A stretch of 64,000 bases of DNA, taken from Rubripirellula sp. GTDB taxonomy: Bacteria; Planctomycetota; Planctomycetia; Pirellulales; Pirellulaceae. Below, one piece after another: positions 40,415 to 49,853 of this stretch; within the stretch, counting starts at the first letter, position 1; the number at the start of each line of letters is the position of its first letter. Where the stretch lies: assembly GCA_965216875.1 (NCBI GenBank), contig OZ244207.1, positions 5,472,001-5,536,000 of the forward strand, given 5' to 3'. The notes under the pieces are model-generated. The model did not search any database and was not told the DNA's origin. It saw only the letters and a program-made list of their open reading frames with translations. Both the position numbers and the translations under genes were made by a program.

Positions 40415-42181
40415 TTAAGGATTCCAGCCCATGGCGGAGATCAACCAGTCCGTCAGCGAGCTCACAGGAGCCGACGGTTCGGCATAGGACCACATGTTGC
40501 GGACCAGGTCGGTCATCAGCATGCCGCCCATGCAAAGGACAAAGATGATCATCACCAAAGTGATGCATTGCAGGATCGTGAACGGCACTTCGTAGCTGGC
40601 CGCTGCCACACCACCGACGGCTGCGACCGCGGTGTCTTGAACTTGGACGCTATCGTCGCCCATCGACAATGCGTCGCCAACCGAAACGGGTTCACCAGGT
40701 GCTTCTTCAGCAAACCCACCCATGTCGTCGGCAAAGCCACCTTCTTCGAATTCGACCGGTTCAGCGATGGCCGAATCTTCAACTTCAATGACTTGCGAGC
40801 CACTTTCGATGTCGGCTTCGAGACCAACGCCCGACGGTGACAACTGAAACTCTTCGTCAGCTTGGAAGTCGACCATCGACCCGTCGCTTCCAGGCCCACT
40901 CTTTCCACTCGAACCACCTTCACTCAGTTCGGCGCCGAGGTCGAGAGCAGAGATGCTGCTGCCAGCCAAATCGAGTGGCTCACTTTCAAGTGACAAACCA
41001 CTGTCCGACGGACTCATCAAGTTAATGCCGCTGTCACCCGCTACCGAAATGTCGCTGCCAGCGCTACTGATCACCAAGTCATCGTCGTCATCGGCAATCA
41101 CCAAGTCGTCATCATCAGCAAGTGCATCGTCATCTTCGAGCGATGAAAGATCGGATTCGGCGAGTGCGTCCGCACCAATGCTGCTGCCGAGTCCGGAGGA
41201 GGCGAGCAAGCTTTCACTGTCGCCCGAGATCAATCCACTGCCCTCTTGTTCGGCGCTCAAGAGATCCAGTTCGCTAAGGACGTCAGCGCCACGCGAACCA
41301 CCTTGGATGTCACCTGGTTCGTCAAGTGAGTCCATCAGCTCAAGGCTGCTTGCGCCCGCTGCGTTTGCGGCCGAACCGCCGCCAACACCAATGTCGCTTC
41401 CGATCACGTCGAGATCACTCTCGGCCGCACCGATCACTTCTTCGCCACTGTCTTCTTCATCAACGGGACCCGCGAAACTCAAATCGCTTTCGCCCTTGAG
41501 TGGGATGTCGTCGCCAATGTCGACTTGGCTCGTACCGGAACCAGTCCCGCTTCCTGCTTCGGCCAAGACGTCCGATTCCGAAACGGCATCAGGCTCGGCG
41601 GACAGCAGATCCGATTCCGAAACGCCATCCGCTTCGGGAGCCAAGACATCAGGATGTGATTCGGCGATTTCTTTGAGTTCTTCGTCGGTCACCGGGCCAG
41701 TGCTGCCGGCGTTGGGTTCGATCGCCAAATCGAGCTGAGCCGAGTCGTGCATGATTGCAGGATCTTGGAGCTGCAATTCGCCGGAGTCGATTTCGAGTAG
41801 ATCGTCGGCGCTACTTTCGAAATCAAGATCGCTATCACTGGCGACCACGGCGACATCACTTCCTTCGCCTTCCGAAGCCACCAAGTTGACGTCGCTACCA
41901 CTGCCTGGTTGAGAGGGTTCTTCACCAATCCCGAGGTCGCTGCCTTCGTCGCCACCGATGATGTTGCTGCCCGAGGCAGTCATGTCGGTGTCGTTGACCA
42001 AAACACCGCTTCCGCCAGCAGCCAGGTCGTCTTTGAGTCGTTCAATCTCGGAGTCTGGAAACTTCCAGCTCGCTCCGTCCCGGAACCCGCGTACCTGTCC
42101 TTGGCTTCGCAGATCAACCAATTGCTCGGGGCTAATTCCCAGCTGTGCGGCGGCTTCCTCGAGAGAGAGATAATTGGCCAT
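40415..42181 (-). CDS. HTH (excisionase/MerR-like) protein with long acidic linker and C-terminal TM
   Basis: YLSLEEAAAQLGIS...GFRDGASWKF...IE; ~480 aa D/E/S/G-rich; hydrophobic ITLVMIIFVLCMGGMLM near the C-terminus. Confidence 0.85.
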   Translation of the reverse strand: MANYLSLEEAAAQLGISPEQLVDLRSQGQVRGFRDGASWKFPDSEIERLKDDLAAGGSGVLVNDTDMTASGSNIIGGDEGSDLGIGEEPSQPGSGSDVNLVASEGEGSDVAVVASDSDLDFESSADDLLEIDSGELQLQDPAIMHDSAQLDLAIEPNAGSTGPVTDEELKEIAESHPDVLAPEADGVSESDLLSAEPDAVSESDVLAEAGSGTGSGTSQVDIGDDIPLKGESDLSFAGPVDEEDSGEEVIGAAESDLDVIGSDIGVGGGSAANAAGASSLELMDSLDEPGDIQGGSRGADVLSELDLLSAEQEGSGLISGDSESLLASSGLGSSIGADALAESDLSSLEDDDALADDDDLVIADDDDDLVISSAGSDISVAGDSGINLMSPSDSGLSLESEPLDLAGSSISALDLGAELSEGGSSGKSGPGSDGSMVDFQADEEFQLSPSGVGLEADIESGSQVIEVEDSAIAEPVEFEEGGFADDMGGFAEEAPGEPVSVGDALSMGDDSVQVQDTAVAAVGGVAAASYEVPFTILQCITLVMIIFVLCMGGMLMTDLVRNMWSYAEPSAPVSSLTDWLISAMGWNP

Positions 42182-42290
42182 TCGTCTATTCGACTCCGAT
42201 CGATCGCGGGTGCGATGGTGGTGAAAAGTGGACGGGGGCTGACAGTCGAAACCGCCAACGCGTCAAGTTTGATTACCCGTCTATACCGCG

Positions 42291-42698
42291 TCACCCCTTC
42301 GGTTTGCCGATTCGTCGAATATCCTCGGGCAAAGGTGAGGTGGCGTTGAGTTGTAGGGAAAAATCAGCGTCGATGGGCCGACTGCTGACCAGCCGGATCT
42401 TGCCCGACCTATCGATATGATACACAGCCATCCAAGAATTTCCGGTATTTACGAGGGTAATTGTCTGAGTTCCTGTGCCGTCCACGTGGGAAAAACCGAT
42501 CATGTCGCCCGCGGCACCTACCTGGCTGGTCGGCTGTGCACGAGCAACGGCGGCGGCTTGAGTGGTCGACCAACGCGGCCCTCCCCCCAGATTGGCCGAA
42601 TCCTCCCCTGAACCCTGCGGGGTCTGGCTGGTTGCAACCGTTGCCGCAACTCCCAACAAAATCGCAGTCAATATGGCCAAATGGGGTCGAATGGACAT
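42291..42698 (-). CDS. Small exported hypothetical protein
   Basis: Signal-like N-terminus; C-terminal MAVYHID..GKIRLVSSR...D...P.PEDIR. Confidence 0.7.
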   Translation of the reverse strand: MSIRPHLAILTAILLGVAATVATSQTPQGSGEDSANLGGGPRWSTTQAAAVARAQPTSQVGAAGDMIGFSHVDGTGTQTITLVNTGNSWMAVYHIDRSGKIRLVSSRPIDADFSLQLNATSPLPEDIRRIGKPKG

Positions 42699-42790
42699 CG
42701 CGGCTCCTCCGTATCCGTCCTAACTGAATGAGTGATCTGCAGAGAAGGCGACAATACGCCCAAGCCCGAACCACCAGCAATCCCATTCCA

Positions 42791-43285
42791 ACGTAGGGCG
42801 TATGCTCGCACCACCTCCGCACGGCCTGTCCCCACACGCGAAACCAGGTGAAGCTAGCAAAGAGCAATTAGGGGACAGACACTTTTCCTTTGCCTGTCCC
42901 CTGATGGGTGACAACAGGGAATTTAGCCGTTTAGTGTTCCGTGTTCTCTTGCTTGCATGACGACAGACCGCCTCTCATTGTCTTAGACGCTAGCAACTGG
43001 TGCCTGGCCCCTAACTCGCACTCTATCCCTACCTCCTGTCGCACCGCATTTGCCCACGTAGGGTGCGTGCTTGCACGCACCATCTCCACAGGGTCTGTCC
43101 CCACCCGCGTGGTCTGTCCACACACGCGAAGAAACCACCCGAACCAGAAGCGGCTGAACACTCACCGCCTCTGATCGGCACTCATCAAAGCAAGATGCCC
43201 CTGATCGGCGTAACCCTACAGGTTCCCTTCTCTTCAAACGTGCCTCGCGGGAAGCTAGCAATGAACAAATTGGGGGACAGACACT
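42791..43285. repeat. REP-rich intergenic region (GTAGGG and GGGGACAG/CTGTCCCC families)
   Basis: GTAGGG REPs at 42793 and 43058; GAAGCTAGCAA...GGGGACAGACACT at ~42850 and ~43251; several CTGTCCCC copies. Confidence 0.75.
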
Positions 43286-46200
43286 ATTCTTCCGTCGTCG
43301 GTAGCATGACGAGGTAGTTGTGGAAGAGGGCCGCTCGCTCTCCGTGCTCGTTTTCGGCAATCACGAGGGCATTCTGTTCGAGCGGGATTCTGTCGGTTTT
43401 GATTCCGAGCGCCACCTCCAGGACAGATCGCTGCTTGTTTGCCCAAGCTTGGATCTCGGGCTGCTTCTCTTGCCAGAACTTGGGGATCAGTTCGTCCTTT
43501 GGTGATGTTCGAGCTGCAGCTTTCAAGATTTGTCTGCGCAGTCGATTCTCCTGGTCGCGCAGGTCGATCTCGAAGGTGCCGTCCTTGGAGGTTTCGCGCA
43601 CGATGGGAGATCTTCCGAATCCGTCGCTAATGATCAGCGTGTACTTGGTGGCACCAGCACATTCGTACTTGACGGCTTGAGTTTCGTCTTGCGCCATGGT
43701 GAAGGTTGATTGTCGCGGTTTGAAAGCCAGACGTGGTGGCAGTGTTTGTGATTCGAACCATTCCCGTTTCAGCCTGTAGATTTTCTTGCCGAAATTGATC
43801 CACACGCACCCTGCAGAAACGGAGACGCGGACCGCAGGATACTTTCGCGTAATGCGTGTCTCCGGATCCAGAACCACAGTGATGGTCCGACTGTCTTTGC
43901 GAAACGGAACAAACCGCAATTCCACACGCGTCAGCCCTAGGCGCGTTGCCTCCAGCTTGACGAGGTAGACTCCCTTTTCCACGCCGCGAAGTGGCGAGCC
44001 GATCAGGTTGCCATTTCCAAACTCGAACCGATCGTCTTTCAACGGAACGGTCACGTGGCACCCTTCGTTGGAAAGCAGCAAGAACTCACCGCCGAAGTAG
44101 GTCTGGTAGTGGTAGGTGACGTTGGAACGGTTGGCTGAATCTGAAAAATTGACCAACAGGCTTGGCTTGCTTGGGGCACCAGTCCACAAGACACCGCGGC
44201 GGTAGCGATTGATCGTTCCGTCTTTTCCCCAGTGGCACGAATTGTGGCCAGAGTCGAGTGGTGTAAGAGGCTCGCCGGTGATCTTTGAAAGCTGTATCAG
44301 CATCTCGTCGGGGATGCTGCGAAGCCCGCCTCTGATTAGAGGCATCTGCTTGCTTGCCTCACCACGTGTGCCGCCAAACTTGTTAACCGTAATCTTCGAC
44401 GCAAGCTTGGGATCACGTCGTTCTTGGTGTGGAATGGATGAGAGAAAACCCAACATGTCGCTACAGCAAACCACGTCGTACAGCATCCCGTCAAATGGCA
44501 AGTATCTTGGCGTCGAGTTGTCATCGTTCATCAGAAACGTCGGTGCAGGATCCCGATGAGCCGTCCACGCCAGTACCTTGCTGGACCGAGTGGTTGCGGC
44601 AACTTCCGTCGCCGGAAGAGGCAAAACGTAAGTTTTGAATCGAACGTTCAGTTGAGTCGATAACGTCTCGAGACCCCAGCTCGTCTTGGTGTCCCATTCC
44701 AGCTTGTGATCCCCCGCGTCCTCAAGTTCGGGCGTCCAAGAGAAGGTTGGGTTGCCCTTTGTGATGATCTCCTGCGTGATATCTCGCCCATCCATTCGAA
44801 CGGACTGCACCGCGTGTTCCTTGGAAAGAGGCAGGCTGATCGGCTGCTCCACTCTGGCGAACATCTGCAAAGGTGGCCTCGAGAGGACGGGCGCAGCAAT
44901 CTGATTGAGATCAAACACGAAAATCTCGGTGTCGCTGACCAAGACGGTGAGCTTTCGGTGGCGATCCTCGAAGATCCATCCCGGTCGCCGATGCTTGTAG
45001 TTGGTTTTAGGGAAAGTAAACCTGGGATCCTCTCGCTCACTTCCCCAGAGTGCGTTTTGCACCTCCGGTAACCCTTCAATCTCCTTCATGCCTCGCCACG
45101 GTGTTCCACTTTCCGACACGGTTGCTGTTCGGTCAAAGTCCCTTGTGCTGCGAATGAGTTTCTTTGAGGCTGCAAAGGTCTGCTGCGAAATCGGTTCGGC
45201 CACCAGGACCTGGCCACCCGAGTTGGATTGGATTCCCACCATGTCTTTGGTTAGAAAGACGCCGAGCCGACCTTCGTCGATGACCGACCATAGATCCTGG
45301 ACCAGCGGAACGGGAACTGGGGATCGAAGCACGTTGTCGTTAAAGACGTTGGCCGCTTCGGGGTCCTTCCAAAGGCTATACGTAGGGCCGTCGCCGTGAA
45401 GCCGCGCCCAGACAGCCATTTGTGGAAGTTCCCTACGTCGCTGAGCATCTTGTTCCTTAGTCGCAGCTGGCTGTGGAAAGGGCTCGTCATCGTCCACGAG
45501 GTAGGCGCCCATTGGGTCTGATCTCCAAATCGGCAGTTCACCTAGCTTCGCATACAGCCCTGGGTCGCTAACGGTCGTTGGCTTCAGGGTGTCGATTTCG
45601 ACTTGATAGAACTCGTCCTTCCAGCGCGCGAGCAAGAAACGGTCGCCTGGATCTTCAGTGGAAGCGATCTCCCTGATTTCATCGCTTGTCTCGTCCCGAA
45701 TCCCTGACGTAAAAAGCGTTGGGCCGAGCTGCCGCTTGGTTGCCCAATCAAACAGAGCAAGTCCGTCATCTTGCCAAGTTGCCACGATCAAGTCTTCACC
45801 CAATCGTTTGAGCGCAACGCGATGGGGGTGCTGATCCGAATCCCACTTCAAAGCTGGCAGTTTTTTGGATGCCCGCAGTTGCTTGAAATCGTAGCCCGCC
45901 AAACCGCCTTCTTTTTGGGCGATGACAAGCAGACCGCTCAGAGGATCGTAGTCGGCATCGGCAACGGTCCCATTGATTCGAAACCGTGAAACACTTTGGT
46001 GGTTCGTGGGAATCTCAACCAGAAGGCTCTCGTCGTTCCAAGCCGTCAAAAGATCTTGATAGACGCTTGCATACTGTCGATCTGCTGGTCCAATCGGTGG
46101 CAGAGGGATCGGTTGGTTGTTGATGCCCGCGAGTTTGCGAAGCCACGTAATCGCTTTCGGGATTGCCAAGTCGACCACCTTGAAGTGATCGGCGGATACT

Positions 46201-47063
46201 CGATCGAAACGTGACGGTTCGCCATTCTGGGCAATAAGCTCTGCCGAAAACTTTTCGTTGTCGGTATAGCGAACAATTTTGTCTGTTGTGCCTTGGACGA
46301 CAAAAGTGGGGCACCGTATCTGATCCTGGTGCTCGGTCGGCATGAACAGCCGCTGAGACTGTTGGTATCGAAAAGGCATGATCCTGGCCAACTCTTTGAG
46401 TTGTTGTGGATCAAACCTAACCGAGGGCGCAAATACGGCGCAGCCTTGCAATCGTGGCTCGAACGCGGACCACAGCAGCGCTTGCCGACCCGCCGAACTG
46501 TGTCCGACGGTGTAAAGACGCTGGGGGTCCACGTGAGGGACTTTGGCGATCGCAAACTCCATCGCGTTCCGCGCGTTAACTAGTCCGGCTTGTGACGCTT
46601 CATATTCGCCGAAGGCATTTCGAGCCTCACGCTTGGTAGCGCTCTGAATGTTCACATCACCGTCGAGCTCATAAGCAACCACGATGAAGCCAGCCATCGC
46701 ATAGGGAAGACATTCACGCAGATCACCTGGCCCGAGTCGTTTCCCCGTGAAGTCCGTTGCACCGGCCGGAGCGATGAAGACGGTCGGCGTCGGCACAGTA
46801 GGCGGCGGTTCGGAGGTGTAGATTTTGATGGTGTCGTTGTGACCGGGATGGTCTTGGTCGACGCCTAGATCGACAACGTATTCGCGCACGCCCGCGATTG
46901 TCCTCGACCTGTCCGGAAGCTCAGGAAACGAAGTCAAGCATCGAGAGGTGAGATCGAAGTCGATTCCAGTCCGTTGGAACGATAAGAAAACGTAGAGAAG
47001 GACGCCGGTAAAGACGCTAAGAAAAACCAGCCCCAACCCGCCAAGCAGGTATCGAAGTTTCAT
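43284..47063 (-). CDS. Large membrane-anchored protein with alpha/beta-hydrolase (S9-like) domain and uncharacterised C-terminal domains
   Basis: N-terminal TM; VDPQRLYTVGHSSAG nucleophile elbow, QGTTDKIV, ADH; Ig-like TFSWTP segment further along. Confidence 0.75.
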   Translation of the reverse strand: MKLRYLLGGLGLVFLSVFTGVLLYVFLSFQRTGIDFDLTSRCLTSFPELPDRSRTIAGVREYVVDLGVDQDHPGHNDTIKIYTSEPPPTVPTPTVFIAPAGATDFTGKRLGPGDLRECLPYAMAGFIVVAYELDGDVNIQSATKREARNAFGEYEASQAGLVNARNAMEFAIAKVPHVDPQRLYTVGHSSAGRQALLWSAFEPRLQGCAVFAPSVRFDPQQLKELARIMPFRYQQSQRLFMPTEHQDQIRCPTFVVQGTTDKIVRYTDNEKFSAELIAQNGEPSRFDRVSADHFKVVDLAIPKAITWLRKLAGINNQPIPLPPIGPADRQYASVYQDLLTAWNDESLLVEIPTNHQSVSRFRINGTVADADYDPLSGLLVIAQKEGGLAGYDFKQLRASKKLPALKWDSDQHPHRVALKRLGEDLIVATWQDDGLALFDWATKRQLGPTLFTSGIRDETSDEIREIASTEDPGDRFLLARWKDEFYQVEIDTLKPTTVSDPGLYAKLGELPIWRSDPMGAYLVDDDEPFPQPAATKEQDAQRRRELPQMAVWARLHGDGPTYSLWKDPEAANVFNDNVLRSPVPVPLVQDLWSVIDEGRLGVFLTKDMVGIQSNSGGQVLVAEPISQQTFAASKKLIRSTRDFDRTATVSESGTPWRGMKEIEGLPEVQNALWGSEREDPRFTFPKTNYKHRRPGWIFEDRHRKLTVLVSDTEIFVFDLNQIAAPVLSRPPLQMFARVEQPISLPLSKEHAVQSVRMDGRDITQEIITKGNPTFSWTPELEDAGDHKLEWDTKTSWGLETLSTQLNVRFKTYVLPLPATEVAATTRSSKVLAWTAHRDPAPTFLMNDDNSTPRYLPFDGMLYDVVCCSDMLGFLSSIPHQERRDPKLASKITVNKFGGTRGEASKQMPLIRGGLRSIPDEMLIQLSKITGEPLTPLDSGHNSCHWGKDGTINRYRRGVLWTGAPSKPSLLVNFSDSANRSNVTYHYQTYFGGEFLLLSNEGCHVTVPLKDDRFEFGNGNLIGSPLRGVEKGVYLVKLEATRLGLTRVELRFVPFRKDSRTITVVLDPETRITRKYPAVRVSVSAGCVWINFGKKIYRLKREWFESQTLPPRLAFKPRQSTFTMAQDETQAVKYECAGATKYTLIISDGFGRSPIVRETSKDGTFEIDLRDQENRLRRQILKAAARTSPKDELIPKFWQEKQPEIQAWANKQRSVLEVALGIKTDRIPLEQNALVIAENEHGERAALFHNYLVMLPTTEE

Positions 47064-47172
47064 CTTGGAAAAGTGTTTGCCTTAGGTGAGTGATAAGAAG
47101 ACGAAATCATAACACCAACGGAGACTGCTCGATGGAGCCAGACTGCATTCCAAGTAGCGGGGAAGCGGATAA

Positions 47173-48056
47173 AGAGTTGCTCGGTGAGAGACCACCTCAT
47201 TGCTCTTACAAGAGAGCTGCTCGGGGACAGACCACCTCTCCTTTTCCCTGCTGACGGCTTCGTAGTCCCAAATCCTCTCTCTACTCATTAGTGTCGATCA
47301 GCGCCGATGAGTGTTCCCTTCCCCTTACTTTCATGACTGGGAGCAATAGAGCTGCTCGGGGACAGAGCTGCTCGAGAGAGCTGCTCGGGGACAGACCACC
47401 TCTCCTTTTCCCTGCTGACGGCTTCGTAGTCCCAAATCCTCTCTCTACGCATTAGTGTCGATCAGCGCCGATGAGTGTTCCCTTCCCCTTGCTTTCATGA
47501 CTGGGAGCGATAGGCGTTTATTGCTCAGTCCCCAGGTTGCTCTTCGTAGGGTGTGTGCTTGCACGCACCAACTCCCTTGCTTGCATGACTTGGACTTTTG
47601 GCGTTTAGTGCTATGTCCCCGAAGAAGGGTCCTTAGTGCTATGACCCCGAAGAAGGGTCCTTTGCTAGCCAAGAAGCCATCCGGGACCACCTTCATTTTC
47701 CCCGCTGACGGCTTCGTAGTCCCAAATCCTCTCCCACGCATTAGTGTCGATCAGCGCCGATTAGTGTTCCCTTTTCCTTTGCCAGCATGACGGGGAAATC
47801 AGGCGTTTTGTGCTCAAGGCGTTTTGTGCTCTGGCCCCGGGGGGCGCCGGAGTCGGCTCAACCGGCTCATGCTCTGTCCCCAGGTTGTTGATTGCTAGCC
47901 ATCGGTGCCTGTCCCCTGTCGAGCGAGCAATCGGGGACAGACCACCTTGGGGTTGTCCTTCAAATGCTTGCAATCGCCAACCACCATTGTGGTGCGTGCA
48001 AGCACACCCTACGTGCTACGTCTGTAGTTGCTAGCCAAAGGTGCCTGTCCCCTTTT
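47173..48056. repeat. Direct-repeat and REP-rich intergenic region
   Basis: ~139-bp near-identical copies at 47211-47349 and 47375-47513, partial third copy ~47685-47775; 28-bp tandem at 47605-47660; GTAGGG REPs at 47546 and 47991; GGTGCCTGTCCCC copies. Confidence 0.88.
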
Positions 48057-48254
48057 GAGCGGGTGGTTCGTGGGGCGGGGCACGCTCGTGGGAATTCTTG
48101 ACGATTGGGTGAAGTCGCCACGTTGTATCGGTCGATTCGATTGTACGGCGCCGCCTCTACGGCTCGCCTGCGCGAATGGGTGAAATGCTAGCTACTTGAT
48201 TTGCTGGCTCCCGGGCGCGCCCGATCACAACTCTCCCAACCTAAGGCATCGACC

Positions 48255-49853
48255 GTGAGCATCGATTGGAATGACGCGATGGGCGATTCGCAAGCAGCGA
48301 ACCAACCCGAACGGATTTCAAAAGACTCCCTTGGCACTGGCGGATTCCTTTCCGCCTCTGCTGGCGTCACGCTGACCATCCTGTTCTACACAGCGGTCTA
48401 CTTCATCCCTTGGGCACCCCTGCAACGCTACTTCCTTGGTCACCCAGTCGCGATCGCCGCGACCGGACTCTTCTTCATCGCTCTTTCCGTTTTGGTCAGT
48501 AAGCGACTCGCCATTCTCGACCAGCAAAGTCGGCTGGCGACGCTTCATGACGAAGCCCTTCGCCCTAACCACGACGCTGAAACCCCCGCATCCAAGTGGC
48601 TTTCGGAAAACGACGCTGGCCATGTCGCTCGTCGCTGGTTGCTCGACCTCGGCAAGCTGCCGAGCGCAACGCGTAATTCTCGGCTCGTACAACGACTCGA
48701 GGAATTGCTCCATCGCCAATCGCAACGGGGCACTGCCAAGCACCTGGCAGACGACTTGCGAGAACTCTCCGGGCGCGACCTCGATGCTGCTCACGACTCG
48801 CTTGGCCTTGTGCGAATCATCGTCTGGGCGATTCCGATGCTTGGCTTCCTCGGGACAGTGATCGGTATCACTCAAACCCTTGGCGGCCTCGACTTTTCAA
48901 ACGGAACAGCCGCCGTCGACAACTTGAAAAGTGGTCTCTACGTTGCGTTCGACACGACCGCCCTTGGCTTGGTCTTGTCCGTGGTCGCCATCTTCCTGCA
49001 GTTCCCTGTCGAACGCAGTGAACAACGCCTGCTCGCGCAAATCGACACGCGAGTCGGCAACCTGGCGTCCAGTTGCTTGCCGAGCGATGAAGCGTCGGAC
49101 AACCAAACCGTCCTGATCGCTGACCTTTGCAAAGGTGTCCAAGCGGCGGTCGCCGAGTCGCTTGATAACCAAACACGCTTGTGGAAAGAGACGATCGATG
49201 CCGCCCAGCAACAGTGGCAATCGGCTCACGACCACAATACCAATCGCTTGGCCGAAGCGTTTGAACTCACACTCGTGCCCGCCCTGATGGAGCATTCTGA
49301 TGCGCTGGCCGACTCGTCAAAGCAAGCCGCAAACCAGCTTTCGATTGAGAGTGAAAAGTGGCAAGCGATGATGAATGATGCCTGCGAGAAACTTGAAGCT
49401 GCCAATCACGCTGTTGCGGATCGACTGGCCGAGAATCTCGACTCGGCGCTCAAACCAATGCTTGCTGATCACGCGGAAGCCATCGGCACGAGTTCAAGTG
49501 ATGCCGCCGGGCGTCTGGAAAAGACGTGGGATCAATGGCTCGAGTCGATTGACTATCACTCGGGTGCTCTGGTCTCGCAACAACAAACGTTGACGCGTCA
49601 GTTCGAGGCTCTGACCGAAACACATGATCGCGCCGACAGCATCATTGCACTGAACAGTCGCATTGATGAAAACCTCACCAAGTTGGATGAGACAAATCAG
49701 GCGATCGACGAAAGCGTCAAAAGCGCCGCTGGTGACGGCATGGCTGATGCAATGCGTATCCTCGCCCGAGCCGTTGATGTCTTGTCGGCCCGCTTGGCCG
49801 AATCGTCTGAGACAGCATCGGTGGACGCGACCCAAGCAAGGAAAGCTGCATGA
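48255..49853 (+). CDS. MotA/TolQ/ExbB proton channel family protein with long helical C-terminal tail (start uncertain)
   Basis: IPMLGFLGTVIGI and GLYVAFDTTALGL channel helices; two N-terminal TMs; ~280-aa A/L/E/Q-rich tail. Confidence 0.9.
   Translation: MSIDWNDAMGDSQAANQPERISKDSLGTGGFLSASAGVTLTILFYTAVYFIPWAPLQRYFLGHPVAIAATGLFFIALSVLVSKRLAILDQQSRLATLHDEALRPNHDAETPASKWLSENDAGHVARRWLLDLGKLPSATRNSRLVQRLEELLHRQSQRGTAKHLADDLRELSGRDLDAAHDSLGLVRIIVWAIPMLGFLGTVIGITQTLGGLDFSNGTAAVDNLKSGLYVAFDTTALGLVLSVVAIFLQFPVERSEQRLLAQIDTRVGNLASSCLPSDEASDNQTVLIADLCKGVQAAVAESLDNQTRLWKETIDAAQQQWQSAHDHNTNRLAEAFELTLVPALMEHSDALADSSKQAANQLSIESEKWQAMMNDACEKLEAANHAVADRLAENLDSALKPMLADHAEAIGTSSSDAAGRLEKTWDQWLESIDYHSGALVSQQQTLTRQFEALTETHDRADSIIALNSRIDENLTKLDETNQAIDESVKSAAGDGMADAMRILARAVDVLSARLAESSETASVDATQARKAA

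Noticed and set aside
47082..48101. Short ORFs in the repeat field as toxin or transposase remnants
   Set aside because: They are translations of the repeats themselves, with no HUH, DDE or TA motifs
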